From Desulfatiglandales bacterium (GTDB lineage: Bacteria; Desulfobacterota; DSM-4660; Desulfatiglandales; Desulfatiglandaceae), in contig OY759599.1 in assembly GCA_963662465.1 (NCBI GenBank), positions 3,840,001-3,904,000 on the forward strand: a stretch of 64,000 nt of DNA, read 5' to 3'. The position numbers were made by a program, and so were the translations under genes. Positions 1 through 9,841 of this stretch are shown here, one piece after another (within the stretch, counting starts at the first letter, position 1; each line of letters starts with the position of its first letter). The notes beneath the pieces were generated by a model. That model was not told the DNA's origin. It saw only the letters and a program-made list of their open reading frames with translations, and made no database searches.

Positions 1-1
1 C

Positions 2-481
2 AGTGTATCCCACTTTTTTGATGTCACCACTGTGGAGGTGGAAGAGGGCGTCGTTGAAGTAACCGATCTTGATACGAAAGTTATCTATACCATGCAGGCT
101 GATGAGGAGCTTTCCTTTGGAAGCAATTGCATCCCCATTGCTGATGATCTGAGCATCTTCTTCTCCTGTGCCGAATATGATGAGGTAGGCTACAGTTTTA
201 AGCTGGACTATTTTCCAAACCCGAATGATCCGTCCAATATTTATTGGAAGATGGATCTGTCAACGTTTAAGGCCGTCATGGAAAAAGACTGCATCCCGTT
301 AGGGGGCGACCTGACCATAACCATTCCATGTGCGGAGTATGCTGGAATGCAGTACAGCTTTGCGCTCGATTTTGTTGTAATACCGGCAGACCCGGGAGGT
401 ATCTACTGGAAGATGGATATAAGCACTTTCAAGGCGGTTCAAAGACCTGTTCCCGAAGCGCGATTGAGGTCTATTTTCTGA
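2..481 (+). CDS. 5'-partial protein: end of a FecR-like segment followed by two ~52-aa Cys-containing repeats
   Basis: Frame is open from the window start. TVEVEEGVVEV resembles the end of FecR domains. Two repeats of the form CIP..DL.I...CAEY...YSF.LD....P.DP..IYWKMD.STFKAV. Confidence 0.55.
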   Translation, partial: SVSHFFDVTTVEVEEGVVEVTDLDTKVIYTMQADEELSFGSNCIPIADDLSIFFSCAEYDEVGYSFKLDYFPNPNDPSNIYWKMDLSTFKAVMEKDCIPLGGDLTITIPCAEYAGMQYSFALDFVVIPADPGGIYWKMDISTFKAVQRPVPEARLRSIF

Positions 482-852
482 ATATTACAGAGCCTCTTCG
501 CCATAACTTGTTCATTCTCCATACGCTTCCGTGTTGTATTCCCTGTTTCCTGAAATAAAGGAAACAGGGAATATCCTCCCCCAAGACCCGCAAACGGGAA
601 TGCAAGCAGATGAATTTTCTTTCTATACGGGGGCTGAGTCGGACTTGTTCTACTGTTCCGGCATTGGGGTGGGAGAACTCTCTCCGGAACCGAAAAGGCA
701 GATATCGCCTGGTACTCTGTCCCCTGCTTTTCTTTTCTTCAGAATGATCCTGGCGACGAACGGTCACTATGCATTAAGGAGAACAATAACGATTCAAGTC
801 CTACCTTGATTGTTACGGGGAGAGAGCGCCGAGCGCTTTCCACCACCTTCAA

Positions 853-1665
853 TCATTTCACTTTGTAGTAATCGAACTTGTGGTCGGTCGTTCTCTTGCC
901 GTGACGCGTGTAGTAGCCGGTGATTCTCGAGTTATCATTGGAAATCGTCCAGTGATACACCCAGCCCTCGTCAACGCTGCGCCCGTACCGATTGGAAGGC
1001 ATAACTTGGAATACCATTTGGCGGCCTTGAAAAGTCCCCTCTCCCTTGTAGCTCTTCCAGATACCGGCCTTGTGGTCCGCGGCGGTAGACGGCCACGAGG
1101 TTATGACGGTGAAATGCTGTCCGTTTTGCCAGATATGCACTCTTCCGAGCTGATTTCTACTACCCTTGTAACTCCAGCTTCCCGCAACGTATACGGGCAG
1201 CGTTTTTCCGGGGGTGACAGAAGGCTGAGGCGGCGCTGGAGGAGCAGGAGTGGACGAGGATCTTCTCAGGGGGACCACCGAGGTAGCGGTCCACTGAAAG
1301 TTTCCCTTGAGATCCTGGGTGAAGGTGCCTGTGATCGTTCCTTTGCCGTCGGCGCCAATCGTCAGTTCACCTGTGAAGTCCTGTCTTAACTTTTTGTTAT
1401 CCCACTTTCGCGTAAAACTTATGGTGTTACCGGCAATGATTCCGTCAACCATTCTCTCGTTGTATACTGTGCCAGAAAAACGAGAGCCGGTCTGTTTGGA
1501 AACAACCAGCTTTCCGGGATAATTATTACCGATAATACGCCATTCCCCGGTCAGATCCGGAACATTGGAGGGCTGCGCCAAGGCAAACGAAGACTGACAG
1601 ACAAGAAGTCCAGCCAGAAACATTGAGGATACCAGCCGCGCAACGGCACTCATTCGGATGCTCAT
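853..1665 (-). CDS. Secreted hypothetical protein, two beta-rich domains joined by a Pro-rich linker
   Basis: 270-aa ORF, signal peptide ending ALA, RBS AAGGGGG, domain starts DLTGEW and VAGSW, PAPPAPPQP linker. Confidence 0.7.
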   Translation of the reverse strand: MSIRMSAVARLVSSMFLAGLLVCQSSFALAQPSNVPDLTGEWRIIGNNYPGKLVVSKQTGSRFSGTVYNERMVDGIIAGNTISFTRKWDNKKLRQDFTGELTIGADGKGTITGTFTQDLKGNFQWTATSVVPLRRSSSTPAPPAPPQPSVTPGKTLPVYVAGSWSYKGSRNQLGRVHIWQNGQHFTVITSWPSTAADHKAGIWKSYKGEGTFQGRQMVFQVMPSNRYGRSVDEGWVYHWTISNDNSRITGYYTRHGKRTTDHKFDYYKVK

Positions 1666-2158
1666 GTCTAAATCCCCCTTTTAGCTGGCAGGAAACCGTT
1701 TTTTTAGATTTGCCAAAAAAACCATACATCATAAACATAGGATAGAAACTTGCTTTTTGTCAACGAGAATGCGACAGGCTTTTAAAATGTTCCCCCGTCC
1801 GCGAGCGGACGTGGAACGGCATGGCAGGGAGGGAATGGGCAAAGATCGGCAAAGGATTGAAACCGGTTCAGCAAAAACGGAAGTTGCTCGGAAATTAAGG
1901 GCAAGAGCCTGTACAATAGAAAATAGGGGACGTTTGTGCAGAAATTGACTAGAAAAGGAGGATGAATTCAAAATATGGTATAAATTGATAGGGAAATAAA
2001 GGGCAAGTCGATTCTATTCTTTCTTTGGTTCGTTATCCTACCTTTTGATTTCCGTATCATTTTATGAAAATGTTTCAGCTACTTAAGCTAAGTGCTGATG
2101 GCTAAAAGCCGATTGCGGTTTTCAGAATTAAATATAGCTTCGGGATAGTGTTCTCGAA

Positions 2159-2279
2159 GCCCCATATCTTGTGGCTTCCCCTCTATTAGATGATCCTCAT
2201 CCAATTCAAGCTTTCCTATATGCAACATTCTTTTGATTTCACTGGTAAATAGTGTAAGATTGATCTGTCATCCTTGCAC
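2159..2279 (+). repeat. Degenerate copy of island repeat A plus an 11-6-11 core site
   Basis: CCATATCTTGTGG...CAAGCTTTCCTATAT resembles 7116-7178. GTGTAAGATTG-ATCTGT-CATCCTTGCAC (2252-2279) nearly matches 9298-9325. Confidence 0.6.
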
Positions 2280-2561
2280 GGTTTTGGCGGATGTGCTAAG
2301 AGGGTTGATGCAAGCATTGTGGAATCACACCCGGAGAGACTGAAGATCTTCCCATCTCAATATCTGGTGGTTCAAAAGACGACGATGTTACCTCTGATAC
2401 CGAACCTGGGATAGCATATCGGAAAATAATTTTTTGGCTTTTGACAATTATGGCGATTCCATGTATTCCCAATATATATCGACCATGCCAGACCTGAGAG
2501 AGGGATCTACCGCCCGCGCACGGGGATTGAACAGAAAACTGACACTCGAAAGGAGCTGCCA

Positions 2562-5222
2562 ATGCATAGAATGAGAGTAACGAGATATTTGTTTACCCTG
2601 TTCTTGTTCTTGTTTTTTTCTTTCCTGACACTGCGCCAGCCGCTGTCTTCCCCTACGGATTATGAACTTATGCAGGAAGTCATAAAGAACTTTGTAGAGC
2701 TGACCGGGGATCGAATCGTGGGGAGTGGTTCCTGGATAAAAGGCAGTACTTTTGAACCTGGGGTGTCTGATTTCGATATGCGGCTGTTGACGCGATCAGG
2801 AGATCCGGCTATTCAGATTCAAAAATGGAAAGAAAGCCAAGGGAAATTAGTCGAATTGATTCAAAAGAAATTTGGCTCCCGCGCAAATGCAATCCTTACC
2901 AGAACCAACCTGTATCCCCCCGACCAGATGATGTTTGGTGTCGAAGACCAATCTGAAGCAGCTGCGCGGTTTGCCGAATGGAGGCGCATGCCCAATCTCA
3001 AGAAGGGAGGTAAATTTACCTCCGCCAATGATATTGAAGGGCTGTGGGGGGAGCCAGGAAGGTTGATGCGACAAAAGAAGGAGCTATCCGAAGGCCTTCT
3101 ATTCTATAAAAACCCTGAGACCTTCGAAGCTATTACCAGCTCACCTCGAAGCATTCACAAGGCAGAAGGGATACTCAGGTACAACGCTGAACTCGCAGCC
3201 AAGAGTACCGCGCAGTGCGCCGACATAGGACTTGCATACCTGTCCAAAGGCAACTCTCATGAACTGCTCAAGTACCTCGGACGGACCGACAGGGAATTGC
3301 AGCGTTGCCGGGAGCTGAGTGGAGCGGCTATTGATTGGGATTTCATAAAAAAACTCCAGAAGTTACAGACGGACATCGAACTTGACCCCAAGCTCTTGAA
3401 AGATCCCAAATTTGCGGCCGGGGCCAAGCAGGTTCTGTTGCGCGCCAAATCGGAATCAGCCATCCTGGCCAATTACGCCAAAGCCGGCCCCATGCAGAAG
3501 GCCTATCTGAGGGTTATGCTCGATGGCGTTGCAGCAAAAAACCAGTTGGGGGACCTGATTGATACCATCGGTACACACACCCCGGACTGGGTCAATTTTA
3601 CCAATGCCGTCAAGTTCATGATGATTGCCGCTGGTACGGCCCAAGTCGCCGAGGCCGCCGGGCACGGAGATACGGATGAGGCTGTACGCAGTACTCTGAT
3701 TCTCCTCAAATCGGCCAGTGTCAAAGGACTTTCCTTGTCATCCCTGGTGGCCAGCATTCCCGGATACTCTGCTCTCTTGTTGGCGCAAATGATCGTTGAA
3801 ATCCGCATGGAGGCCAAACAAGCAGGAGTGTTACTGGCAGTGGGCAGGCAAAATCCTTGGGAGCTTATCAGCGGCATCTATAGGGCATGGGGAGCAGGGT
3901 ATGATCCTGATCCCAGGTACGGCAAAGAAAGGACCCTGGGTGACCTGGTGGCTCGATTTCACAGCGAGAGTCGCCTCGAGGCCTGGGTGCTTCACATGTG
4001 CGGCCGGGCGGTTTCTCAGGGTGCAAGGCCTCCGGAATGGGGGCCTAGGGTCAGGGCAACGGTAGAAGATACGAAAAAAGCCATCTTCGACAGGTGCTGG
4101 CCGATTATCCGTTTTGCCTGGCTATGGGAGCGAGAGATGCTGATGGCCGAGTACCTGAACATACGGAGTGAACTGGTTCACACGCCGCTGTTTATCGGCT
4201 ATACCCCACAGAAACCCAAACTCAATGAAAGTGTCATCGCCTCTGTACACAATATGGGGCAACATCTTGAGCAATCCTTATTCCGAATGGAGGTCATCCT
4301 CAAACTGCTTTATGGGAGCAAATCATTTCTTGGTTGGCAGTATTTTTGGGACCCGGAAGGCTCTCATGTCAGCTTGAAGAATCGGCGAAGCTTCATCTTT
4401 CAGACCCTTGGGAACCATCAGGTGGATGTTCGTCTGTCTTTGAAACCTTATCCGGGAGGTAACGATCCCGCGGGATTCCGCTCCGAAAATGTAACCGAAA
4501 CCCGAATCATGCGGGAATACGAACTCGAGGCTTCAGTTTATGTAGAAATAGTCGGCGAAACAGGTGATCAGGTTCAGGTCCCCGATGTGGTCGGTCTGCC
4601 CCAGGCAACCGCTGAAAAGGCAATCAAGGATGTGGGTCTTGAACCGTCTTCAACCACGGAGACGCTCGATACCGCACCGACCGGACAGGTTGTCAAGCAG
4701 AATCCGCTGGGTGGGACAAAGGTTCAGAGCGGAAGCACTGTGAATATTGCAGTTTCATCGGGAGCTAAAGGACTTCCGGTAAGTGGTGTATTTAAACCAC
4801 ACCGCATGGAACCAACAATGCCTGGTCACCCGGCTTATTTTCAAGATTTTCAAATCGAATATACCGTGAAGGGGTTGTATGCCAGGCAAGTCACGGATAC
4901 TATCGGCCAGACTACTGGAAGAAGGTCTTATTCAGGATGCTGTATTGATGGAGATCCGGGGGAATTGAGGGTTTCAGGGACGGCCTCAGGCAGCAACCTT
5001 GGTAATTCTTCACAGTATGCAGGAAGAATTGTTGTAAAAGTTCGACTCTGTTCATCCCCGGAAGAGGTTGTAACCTATCCCATTGCAATCAATACTTCGC
5101 CCCCTTACGCCTTTGATGTTTCGGTACCTGTTCCCTCTGGATGTACACGGGTTTCTTTCAGCATTACAACCGGTATGGCGTGGCCCAATGGGTTTTTCAA
5201 CATTTCCGTAAGCGGAGGGTAA
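2562..5222 (+). CDS. Large exported protein with an N-terminal nucleotidyltransferase-like motif and a PASTA domain
   Basis: 886 aa, hydrophobic N-terminus. GSGSWIKGSTFEPGVSDFD resembles the Pol-beta hGS..DxD motif. VPDVVGLPQATAEKAIKDVGL...GQVVKQNP.GGTKV..GSTVNIAVS is a PASTA domain. Confidence 0.7.
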   Translation: MHRMRVTRYLFTLFLFLFFSFLTLRQPLSSPTDYELMQEVIKNFVELTGDRIVGSGSWIKGSTFEPGVSDFDMRLLTRSGDPAIQIQKWKESQGKLVELIQKKFGSRANAILTRTNLYPPDQMMFGVEDQSEAAARFAEWRRMPNLKKGGKFTSANDIEGLWGEPGRLMRQKKELSEGLLFYKNPETFEAITSSPRSIHKAEGILRYNAELAAKSTAQCADIGLAYLSKGNSHELLKYLGRTDRELQRCRELSGAAIDWDFIKKLQKLQTDIELDPKLLKDPKFAAGAKQVLLRAKSESAILANYAKAGPMQKAYLRVMLDGVAAKNQLGDLIDTIGTHTPDWVNFTNAVKFMMIAAGTAQVAEAAGHGDTDEAVRSTLILLKSASVKGLSLSSLVASIPGYSALLLAQMIVEIRMEAKQAGVLLAVGRQNPWELISGIYRAWGAGYDPDPRYGKERTLGDLVARFHSESRLEAWVLHMCGRAVSQGARPPEWGPRVRATVEDTKKAIFDRCWPIIRFAWLWEREMLMAEYLNIRSELVHTPLFIGYTPQKPKLNESVIASVHNMGQHLEQSLFRMEVILKLLYGSKSFLGWQYFWDPEGSHVSLKNRRSFIFQTLGNHQVDVRLSLKPYPGGNDPAGFRSENVTETRIMREYELEASVYVEIVGETGDQVQVPDVVGLPQATAEKAIKDVGLEPSSTTETLDTAPTGQVVKQNPLGGTKVQSGSTVNIAVSSGAKGLPVSGVFKPHRMEPTMPGHPAYFQDFQIEYTVKGLYARQVTDTIGQTTGRRSYSGCCIDGDPGELRVSGTASGSNLGNSSQYAGRIVVKVRLCSSPEEVVTYPIAINTSPPYAFDVSVPVPSGCTRVSFSITTGMAWPNGFFNISVSGG

Positions 5223-5561
5223 AAAAACCGACATGGCGCTGCAGCGGAGGACAGCGCTACCGAACGTTACAGTAACCGGAAAGTTTTACTCGTTGTACCG
5301 TGTTGAGATAAATACGGTTTAGGCCCTTGCGGCCTGGTGTTGTGTCACAAAAAACAAGAAAATTTCGAACTTCGCAAAAAGGAGTGTCAAAACAGTATTT
5401 TGACATGCCTGGCCTGACTCAGTTTAGAGGTGCCAAAATTTCATTTCGACACTTCTACGGTTGCGGGGGTAGCCCGCCTTAGAGGTCTTATAGCCCTTTG
5501 GTTAATTGCTTTGAACAGTCACCTAAATGGAATGAGTGGAAAACAGACAGGAGATGAGACC

Positions 5562-6407
5562 ATGGTCATCAACACGGATCATACTGCGCGCTATGTGTTT
5601 GTTTGTTTGCTGACAACGCTGTTGTTACTGGTTGTGGTACAGAATGCTATCGCACATGACCTGAACGGAACGTGGGGTTCATCGCAGTACGAGGCGGAGC
5701 TTTCCGTGTTGGGCGAAAGTGTTAAGGGTACCTTCAGATCCCTGTGGTATCCGGAACATGCCCTGGGAACCATTGCAGGAGATCTGAAGGAAAATGCCTT
5801 TGTCGCCGAATGGAGCACACCCGAAGGGGAGGGTCCAGGGGACTTCAGCACAGTGCTTGTCCTTTCAGCCAAAGGAGAAAGCCTTACCGGCTATAGGTGG
5901 AGCGAAGGGTTGTACTTTACAGGCTTTGCCCTGCATCGGGCTGTTGATGGAGAGATTCCAACGCTTTTTGATGAACAGATGTTTTCAGGCCCGGCATCCT
6001 CTGATACGTCTATAAAAAGGATCGATGACCCGCCAGATTTAGACGGCCGACAAGGTCTGGTAGGACAGGCCATTCAGGAGGCCAAAAAGCTCCTTCAACA
6101 AGCCCGCACCCAATGGAACAAAGGGGATCTGGACAGGGCAATAGCAACCCTGCGGGAAGCGAAAAAACTTGATCCGGATAACAAGGAGATCGTCAAGACG
6201 CTCGAAATTATGGAGCGCCAGAAAGATGAATGGCAGAGCCACACGCCCATAACCAAAAATCCACAGCCCACCCCTCAAAGACCTTCTTCTGACGATGGCT
6301 GGGCGCCCATCGGTGGAACAGGCTCCTCTACTACGAGAGATAAAAGTGGGAATTCGGAAGGGGAACGAAGCATACCCAAAGGGCACTCAACGCGCTACGG
6401 GTTTTAG
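5562..6407 (+). CDS. Secreted protein with a TPR-like repeat
   Basis: ATG at 5562 follows RBS-like AGGAGATGAG. Signal peptide ends AIA. TPR-like QARTQWNKGDLDRAIATLREAKKLDPDN. Confidence 0.65.
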   Translation: MVINTDHTARYVFVCLLTTLLLLVVVQNAIAHDLNGTWGSSQYEAELSVLGESVKGTFRSLWYPEHALGTIAGDLKENAFVAEWSTPEGEGPGDFSTVLVLSAKGESLTGYRWSEGLYFTGFALHRAVDGEIPTLFDEQMFSGPASSDTSIKRIDDPPDLDGRQGLVGQAIQEAKKLLQQARTQWNKGDLDRAIATLREAKKLDPDNKEIVKTLEIMERQKDEWQSHTPITKNPQPTPQRPSSDDGWAPIGGTGSSTTRDKSGNSEGERSIPKGHSTRYGF

Positions 6408-6559
6408 AGCTAAAGAAATTACTCCGGGACTGGAGACTGAATATTCCCTGGTTTTGCCTCTGAAAAATGGCCGTTCCCTGCAAACATAAAGATAATATGC
6501 CAGGCCTTGCTATATCCGTCAAAAATAGCGGATACGTCCATTAAATTCAACTGTAGCAA

Positions 6560-7280
6560 ATAATGTGATATCGTTGTTGGGAGGGGGCAGACTGTGAGTT
6601 GATAGGGGCATGAAATTGGCAGTTTTCTGGGTTACATGAGATAGGCATATCTCCAACATACGTCAGGCAGCGAAAAGGTGCCTTATTAGCTCGTTTTCAC
6701 AAAATATGGAAATTATTGGGAGGGACGATTACGGATTACACGGTCCTTTTGACGGCAGGATTGGTCTGTCGCCAATTAAATAAAATCGTCAGGTGGCTTC
6801 TGGCAAATGGTCACTATTTCCCCGCCAGATTTTATCTTGCCCTGAACTAAATATAGTGATTTGTATGTCCCATGAAGTCAACTCCACTATTTGTCTGAAT
6901 CGATATCTCAAACGATTTCTCGCGGTCGAATGTTTGTGATATCATCATTGGGAGGCGGCGGATTCAGGGTTGAGAGATGCATGGAGCTGGAAGTTTTCTG
7001 ATCACACCAGGCTGGGACTATCTCCAACGTACCACAACCAAAGACGACGTTGTGATATGATCCACATATTACATCCGGTCCGTATTTGAAAACCGCTTTC
7101 GACAAATGATTGAGACCCCTACATCTTGTGGTCGCGCCTTTTTCAGATTGTTAATCCAAAAGTGAAGACTTCCTATATGAATATTCTGCCAAATCTGGAG
7201 CTTGGAGGCTTGAAAAAGCACCTGACTTGGAACTTCTGTTTTGGTGTAGCGTAGAGAAGGATGGCAGCTCTAATCTTCAC
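6560..7280 (+). repeat. Composite island repeat block downstream of the integrase (units C, D, A, E)
   Basis: 6708-7028 is a close copy of 21627-21950. 7017-7070 matches 15380-15431. 7116-7178 matches 15478, 15872 and 22039. 7200-7280 resembles 15562-15642. 6560-6668 is a degenerate copy of 6930-7030. Confidence 0.85.
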
Positions 7281-7327
7281 CTCTCCGGGCTGAGACGCTT
7301 CGGCTCTCAACCCGGTTTTGTTTCCAT

Positions 7328-8163
7328 TTATCCATGAATATTGTCAATCCATCTCATGGCCTCCATATCACTGACTTTACCCAAATATCTTTGAGTGGTC
7401 GACAGGTTGGAATGGCGGAGGATGATCTTGCTGACAATCTCCAAAGGGGTTCCAGCCCGGGAGGCAAAAGTTGCGGCATGCCTTCTCAGATCATGCGGCC
7501 TCAATCTGACACCAACCAACTTACCGGCTTTCATCACAACAATCCTCGCAGCGGAGTAGCTTATTGGGAAAATTCTCTCAACAAGTTGAATCTTTTTCTC
7601 GCTGATGTACACCTTGAGTCTGTCTGCTACTTTTTTGGGGATAAAAACAACCTCCATTTCTTTTCCGCTTTTGGGCTCACAGATAAAGATTTTTCTGTCT
7701 TCAACGTCAGCAGGTGTGAGTTTCAGAACTTCTCCTACTCTCATGCCGCCACGCCCCATAAGTTCGAGCATGAGACGGTTTCTGATGTCTTCGGTTCTGA
7801 AGATGATTTCATCCACAACGTCTTTTTCCAAAATCTTCCAATGGATCGGTTTCTGGACTTTGAAAAGTTTCTTCAGTGTAGGGGAATCACAAGGGTTTTG
7901 AATTTTGGGGTCGAAAGAGGTCTTGATAAAATTGAAAAAGGTCGACAGGAGGGAGTAACGGAGCTTTTTCGTAGACTGCTTCGCCTCTTTTGATATCTTT
8001 GTGAGAAAAGGGAGGACATTTTCAGTGGTTACGGATGATAACTCAATGTTGCCGAAATGATGCTCGAATCTGGTTAGAACGAACTCATAGTTTTTCAATG
8101 TGCTTTTTTTTGAATTCATTCTCTGATAGTCAAAAAAAAATTCGTGGCCTCCAACAGTTCCAT
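7328..8163 (-). CDS. Tyrosine recombinase (phage-integrase/XerD-like), with a probable frameshift in a 5' T9 run
   Basis: Catalytic residues present: GMRVGE (R), SGK (K), HDLRRH, LRHSN, TQRY. The best RBS (GGAGG) and ATG at 8163 are out of frame with the main ORF across the T9 at 8132-8140. Confidence 0.85.
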
Positions 8164-8190
8164 AGTGCACCTCCCGTTTTTTGAGGGTTA

Positions 8191-8826
8191 GTCAATGACC
8201 ACCACCAAAGGTGGTGGCTTGAATTAATGCACCTGGAAGGTGCATGGTACCTATTCTATTTGAACAATTTACCTTGCGTCACATCGGCATCTTTATCTTT
8301 ACTATGCTGCCATTTTACATACTTTTTGATCCGCTCTTCATCTAAGCCTACCGTACTCACACAATAGCCTCTCGACCACACATGTTGTCCCCAGTATTTT
8401 TTTCGCAGTTGAGGAAAACGGTCAAATAGTTGTAGAGCCAGTTTCCCCTTCAGGAACCCCATGAACTGCGATATGGCGTATTTCGGAGGGATTGATACGA
8501 CCAGGTGAACATGGTCAATTTGCACATTACCTTCCACCACTTCTACGTCATCTTTTTGATTACATAACCGATATATCTGTTGCATCACATATTTTGCCAC
8601 TTCTTCCTGCAATATTTTGTAGCGATATTTCGGGCAAAACACCACATGGTACTTACACTCATACAAAGAATGTGCTAATTTCTTGAATTGACGTTGACGA
8701 GTCATTATATGCCTCCTGTTAGTTTCGCACCTTCCAGGAAGACATATAATACTCGTCATATTCAATACACCGGTAGAACCTTTTTTTATTCCACTACCAG
8801 AGGTAGTGGTTTACTTTTTAATAAAA
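8191..8826 (-). mobile_element. IS200/IS605-family element (tnpA only)
   Basis: Subterminal hairpins CCACCACCAAAGGTGGTGG (8199-8217) and CCACTACCAGAGGTAGTGG (8791-8809) flank a Y1 transposase. Outer boundaries are approximate. Confidence 0.85.
8256..8705 (-). CDS. tnpA: IS200-family Y1 (HUH) transposase
   Basis: YHVVFCPKYR, HuH motif DHVHL, WSRGYCVSTVG, catalytic Y in KYVKWQ. Confidence 0.92.
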   Translation of the reverse strand: MTRQRQFKKLAHSLYECKYHVVFCPKYRYKILQEEVAKYVMQQIYRLCNQKDDVEVVEGNVQIDHVHLVVSIPPKYAISQFMGFLKGKLALQLFDRFPQLRKKYWGQHVWSRGYCVSTVGLDEERIKKYVKWQHSKDKDADVTQGKLFK

Positions 8827-8923
8827 AATGAATTGACCTCAACATATCCTATTGGTTAAAGTTACGACTTCTGAGTTAAATATTCAATTTGAGTAAGGTT
8901 GTTGGCGGTCAAGATTACTACAT

Positions 8924-9196
8924 ATTGGTAAAGCTGAACTGGTCGGGCAAATGGCTAAAGATGCAGCCATCAGCAAATCCGCTGCCAATGCTGTACTAAA
9001 TTCATTTATCGACAGTATTACGAAAGAGCTGAAGAAAAAGGATGGAAAAGTAACTGTGATTGGATTTGGTACATTCTCAAAAGTCCACCGAAAAGCTCGG
9101 AAAGGTCGAAACCCGAGTACCGGAGAACCGATCAAGATCAAGGCATCTAATGCCGTTAAATTTAAAGCAGGGAAGAAGCTGAAAGAGGCGGTTTAG
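8924..9196 (+). CDS. hup: HU family DNA-binding protein; canonical start codon missing
   Basis: KAELVGQMAKDAAISK...GFGTFSKVHRKARKGRNPSTGEPIKI...KFKAGKKLKEAV. No ATG precedes KAEL (ATT at 8924); the first ATG is at 8951. Confidence 0.8.
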   Translation: MGKAELVGQMAKDAAISKSAANAVLNSFIDSITKELKKKDGKVTVIGFGTFSKVHRKARKGRNPSTGEPIKIKASNAVKFKAGKKLKEAV

Positions 9197-9297
9197 GATT
9201 TCGCAGGGAAACTGCATACATTTTCAGCGGTCGACTTGATTTACCCCATGGGGAATGTCGATCTACCGCATCGTGTTTTATCCTACAGAAGCAGATG

Positions 9298-9682
9298 GTG
9301 TAAGATTGATCTGGCATTCTTGCACGATTTTGGTGGTGTTGGGGTGAAGACTCATGCACGTACTCTTTTTCTGTGACCGGATAAGCGGAAACCAAATTGA
9401 CCACAATATGTTGTTGTGGTAGGATTTTACGGTTTAGGTTCAGGAACGTGAAGGCGATTTCAGATATGTAAGGGCATATCAACACTTCAGAGACACTGTT
9501 TTTTTGGGAATATTCTCAATTTATGTTGCGATGAAAAAGCTGACCACAACATCTGGGATATCGTCCAAACGGCTTTGTTTCCAGATACTGTCTGTCAAAA
9601 GCTATTCCCAAGGAAATTTGAAGTATTGATCTGGCTGTCCTTTAAAATTCGGACCGCTATGCTACGGAAGTAGCAATGCACG
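9298..9682 (+). repeat. Island repeat block (units B, F, G)
   Basis: 9298-9325 is an 11-6-11 inverted core. 9354-9390 resembles 12036-12072. 9527-9682 resembles 11887-12043 and 19987-20130 (GCGATGAAAAAGCTGACCACAACAT...GAAGTATTGATCT...CTATGCT). Confidence 0.8.
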
Positions 9683-9841
9683 AATTTTTGAATTGAAAGT
9701 GCTGACAAGTATTGAAAGATTCGGTTTTTCCGTTGACTTGTTTTAATCGATGAGCGGTTGAAAATAATAGTGTGACGACTTGGCCTTTGGCGGTGTACAA
9801 AGGGGCATTACAGCTTTAAAACATTTCAGAAAGAGGAAGAA

